Below are positions 60,886 to 64,000 of a stretch of 64,000 nt of DNA, piece by piece. The stretch comes from Rhynchobatus australiae. Its lineage: Eukaryota. The DNA is taken from NCBI GenBank assembly GCA_034780895.1, contig JAUZTB010000087.1:36563539-36627538 (forward strand). Reading direction: 5' to 3'. The stretch's first letter is position 1. The number at the start of each line of letters is the position of its first letter. Below the pieces are notes generated by a model, which searched no databases, was not told the DNA's origin, and was given only the letters and a program-made list of their open reading frames with translations. The position numbers were made by a program, and so were the translations under genes.

Positions 60886-63800
60886 GCTCTGGGAGTTCAA
60901 CTGAATTTCTGGCAGTGGGGCAGTGACTGCAGAATTTTTGGTTCTTGTAAGGGATGAAAATCTTTTGAGATTTGTATGATGTTAACAACTGTGAATATGT
61001 TCGAAAGAGGAAATGGTGTCATTTATGATAGTTGATTTTTATGATATCTTGAATTGACTGCTATGTTAAAAGTTATTTCAGTGACATTACGACTGTCCTA
61101 AAATCTTGAACCTGCCAGAATGCATTTCCTATATACATGTCCTGTATATTTTTTCCTACACACTATTTCTCTGGTTGTCATTTATTTCATCAATTATTTT
61201 ACTAAGGAATAATTATATTTGTACATGGCATAGGAGCTGAAAACATTGCAGCCTGACTGTAAGTTAATGTTCCTCTGAAGTAATTTTGATTAAGGTTCTG
61301 TAGAATATAAATTTTTGGTAGAATGATGGTTGAAAACTGTCATGTACACTAAACTTGATCTCAGTACAGTCTGGTTTTAAAATCTAATCTGATGAACAGC
61401 TTGCCCTTGGATTAGACTCTCCATCATTTATTTAATGGCATTCATTCTTCTTAAGAAGGAATAGGATGAATTGACATTTCCCCTTCTGTTTTATGCAGAA
61501 CTTTCAGGAACCTAGTGTAACATTGTGACCTCTTGACCAAATTTTAACATTAGTTATTTATATTTTGTTTCTATTATATAACATTGGTTATATATTTAAA
61601 CCTTGATTGCATAAGAATAGTTTGATCCCTATAGATGGAAGTTCAGTGGGAAGAGATGTGGCCTGACTTGCTGAGTACTCCAGCATTTTTTGTTTTTGTT
61701 AGATTACCAGCATCCACAGTTTTTTTTTGATTTTCACTTCTTGTGCAGCTTTCATCCTGATGAGCTGAGAATATGAATTTGATAGGGTGTTTTGCTACAA
61801 CAGCTTGATATTATCCTCACTTCAGCAACCAATATTACTCTTCAAATGGGGAACTTTATTAGTAAAAATCCTAGCTGATATTTTTGATCCACCAGTCTGC
61901 CAAGTATAGATTCTATTTCATTCATATTTAATGAAATGTAATGATAAAATGCTGCACCTGCCTAATTTTTATAATTGGTAGCATATGCCATCTTAAAGAG
62001 AGGTTCGCTGTACAACATTCGTTAGATTATCACTGGGTATTAACTCTAAAATAGACTTGTCAAGCCCCGTCACAATAAGTCATGTGGATTTTGAAGTATT
62101 TGGATCATTATTGATCCATTTGATAACTGTTATCCAAAATGCACGAAACGGACACAACTGGTAAGCAGTAGGCAGTACTGGCAAGCACCAAAGCCTTATA
62201 TCTCTGTAAAAGATGTTAATAACAAGTTTGCATATTCTGCCAACCTAATCTACATTTACTACATGATTCTATGTCTTTTGTATACTTTGGCACTATCCTT
62301 ATTGCTGATTAAATTTTATTTGGACCTTTTGCATGGATTTATAATGCTCTTCAAGTTGGTGGTGGGATTGAGTGGGCATCAGGGAGGAAAGCATTGGCAC
62401 AGTGCAAGGCATATCTTACACCTTTTCTCTCAGGGATGAGGGAGGGGGCAGAACAAACATGAGATTTTTGTTTATTAACAGTGTTATTTTTCTGATGACT
62501 TTTCTGAAGATTATTTCAACTGCAATTTTGGATTCAATATACTCCTTTCTTAACTCCTTAGATAAATATTATATTGTGCAGACAGTAGAAAGTTTTGTTG
62601 TCCTATGCCTGAAGAAAAATGATGATTTGCATGCTCCATAATCCAGTCTCTCCTTTGGGTTGGATTACAAAATTGAATTCTTCGGAATAAAGCTTGGCCA
62701 GCTAATATGAGTTCTGGTATGACTTTTCAGTGCATTTGAAGTACAAAAGAATATAATCTTCAATGTACAATTAAATGTAAACAATACAAAAAATATTAGT
62801 CTGGTTGCATGCCTAATATAGTATACATAAACTTGCAGCCTGCCTCCATTTAATCTGTGGCTTTAGTGCTGCTCCATGTGCTTCAAGGTTTCTATTCTTA
62901 AAAGGCTAGCACTTGGAATGCTGCCAGAGCTGGGATTCAGCACTCTTGCCGTCCATTAAGGAAAAGGAATTGTGTATTACTAGGAGATAGGATAATTTGT
63001 AAACAAATCTAAGGAAAGCTCCATCAGTGTTCTGGGAAGAGCAATCGTTAGTTTCAATAAAAATCGTCAATTATTGAGCGTCCTTTTGTTTTGTTCCTTT
63101 CTTCTGGGGAAATATGCAGTTTCCACTTTGCAATTGCCCAGGTTGAATTAGCAACGAAAATGAGAAATGATTGCAGTGAATGTGGGCTCTTCTTGATCTT
63201 GTTTGACATCCTAACATACCCCATGTCACAGTGTGCCCATCTCTTGATAAAGGGCCTGACTTGAGCAGATGGATTCAATATTTGCTAATGATCGTAAATA
63301 CTTCTATTCGTGCTCCTGCTCCATTGCTTCTGAAGTTCCCTAAGAATCTACCTTTCACTGTCTACTCCTCCTTGTTGAAGTAAGGTTATTTGGCAATATC
63401 ATCCAAGGAAATGGGGTCTACTGCCCAGGTCTTTGGGTCAGACTGCTTAGCCTTGGCATGTTACTTGACAGAAACCATTGTTCCAATTGTACATTCTCTC
63501 TCTCTACAAATATAAATATTTCCTGCTGTCTGTCTTTGATCCTGTTTTAGATTAGTTTCTGCCCTATCTCAAATATTTTGCAAAATTCAGTTCATCAAAA
63601 AATTATGTACCTCAGTTGCAACTTTCTGAACCCGCATTTGCTCTCTGTCCTTCAGTTTAAAATGTCAGACCTAACTGGCTAATCTAACACTCTCATTGTC
63701 CAAATAGAAGACTGCAAAGATGTTCACATCACCTGTGCTGTGGCTGGTGCTGATGATTGCTGGACTGATCATTACCTAATCCACTGAATTATTTTCCTCA

Positions 63801-64000
63801 ACCTTAACCTGAAACAATGGCGGCAATAGGATTACTGCCACAAGAAAATCAATGTTGAATGTCTCGGGACTCCACAAAGAAAGTTCTTCTCAGACAGTAT
63901 CTCGCAGAACCTGCCGGCTCCCAACCAGCGGGAGCTGTGGAGTATTTTCAGTACCTGGACTGCCCTGAGGTCCACCTTAATTAACAGCTGTGAGGAAAAT

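Larger units (their letters stand above)
36503..64000 (+). other. PPARGC1B: Probable intron 1 of PPARGC1B (continues beyond the window)
   Basis: Begins GTAAGG. No exon-2-like peptide (DFPELDLSQLD type) recognised downstream, though N gaps could hide it. A long first intron is typical for this gene. Confidence 0.65.

Overview
Eukaryotic, repeat-rich vertebrate DNA with many N gaps. The repeat repertoire (V-SINE/HE1-like SINEs, CR1, RTE, Rex1/Babar, Tx1 and abundant Penelope-like fragments) points to a cartilaginous fish (inference). The only host coding sequence I can support is the first coding exon of PPARGC1B (PGC-1beta), 36425-36502 on +, inside a CpG island. Everything downstream appears to be intron 1 and everything upstream intergenic. 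Intron 1 holds an antisense, frameshifted Ty3/Gypsy element with a tRNA-Trp PBS, a CHCC-type Gag motif (CsRn1-like) and an intact 5' LTR. The most striking pattern is a dispersed family of about 15 short Penelope-derived units, many carrying a minimal hammerhead ribozyme fold. Their stems co-vary between copies and several have clear target-site duplications. One younger Penelope copy has inserted inside the hammerhead of an older copy. Most ORFs in the supplied track are spurious or transposon debris. Repeat boundaries were read by eye and are approximate unless a TSD or terminal motif is quoted.
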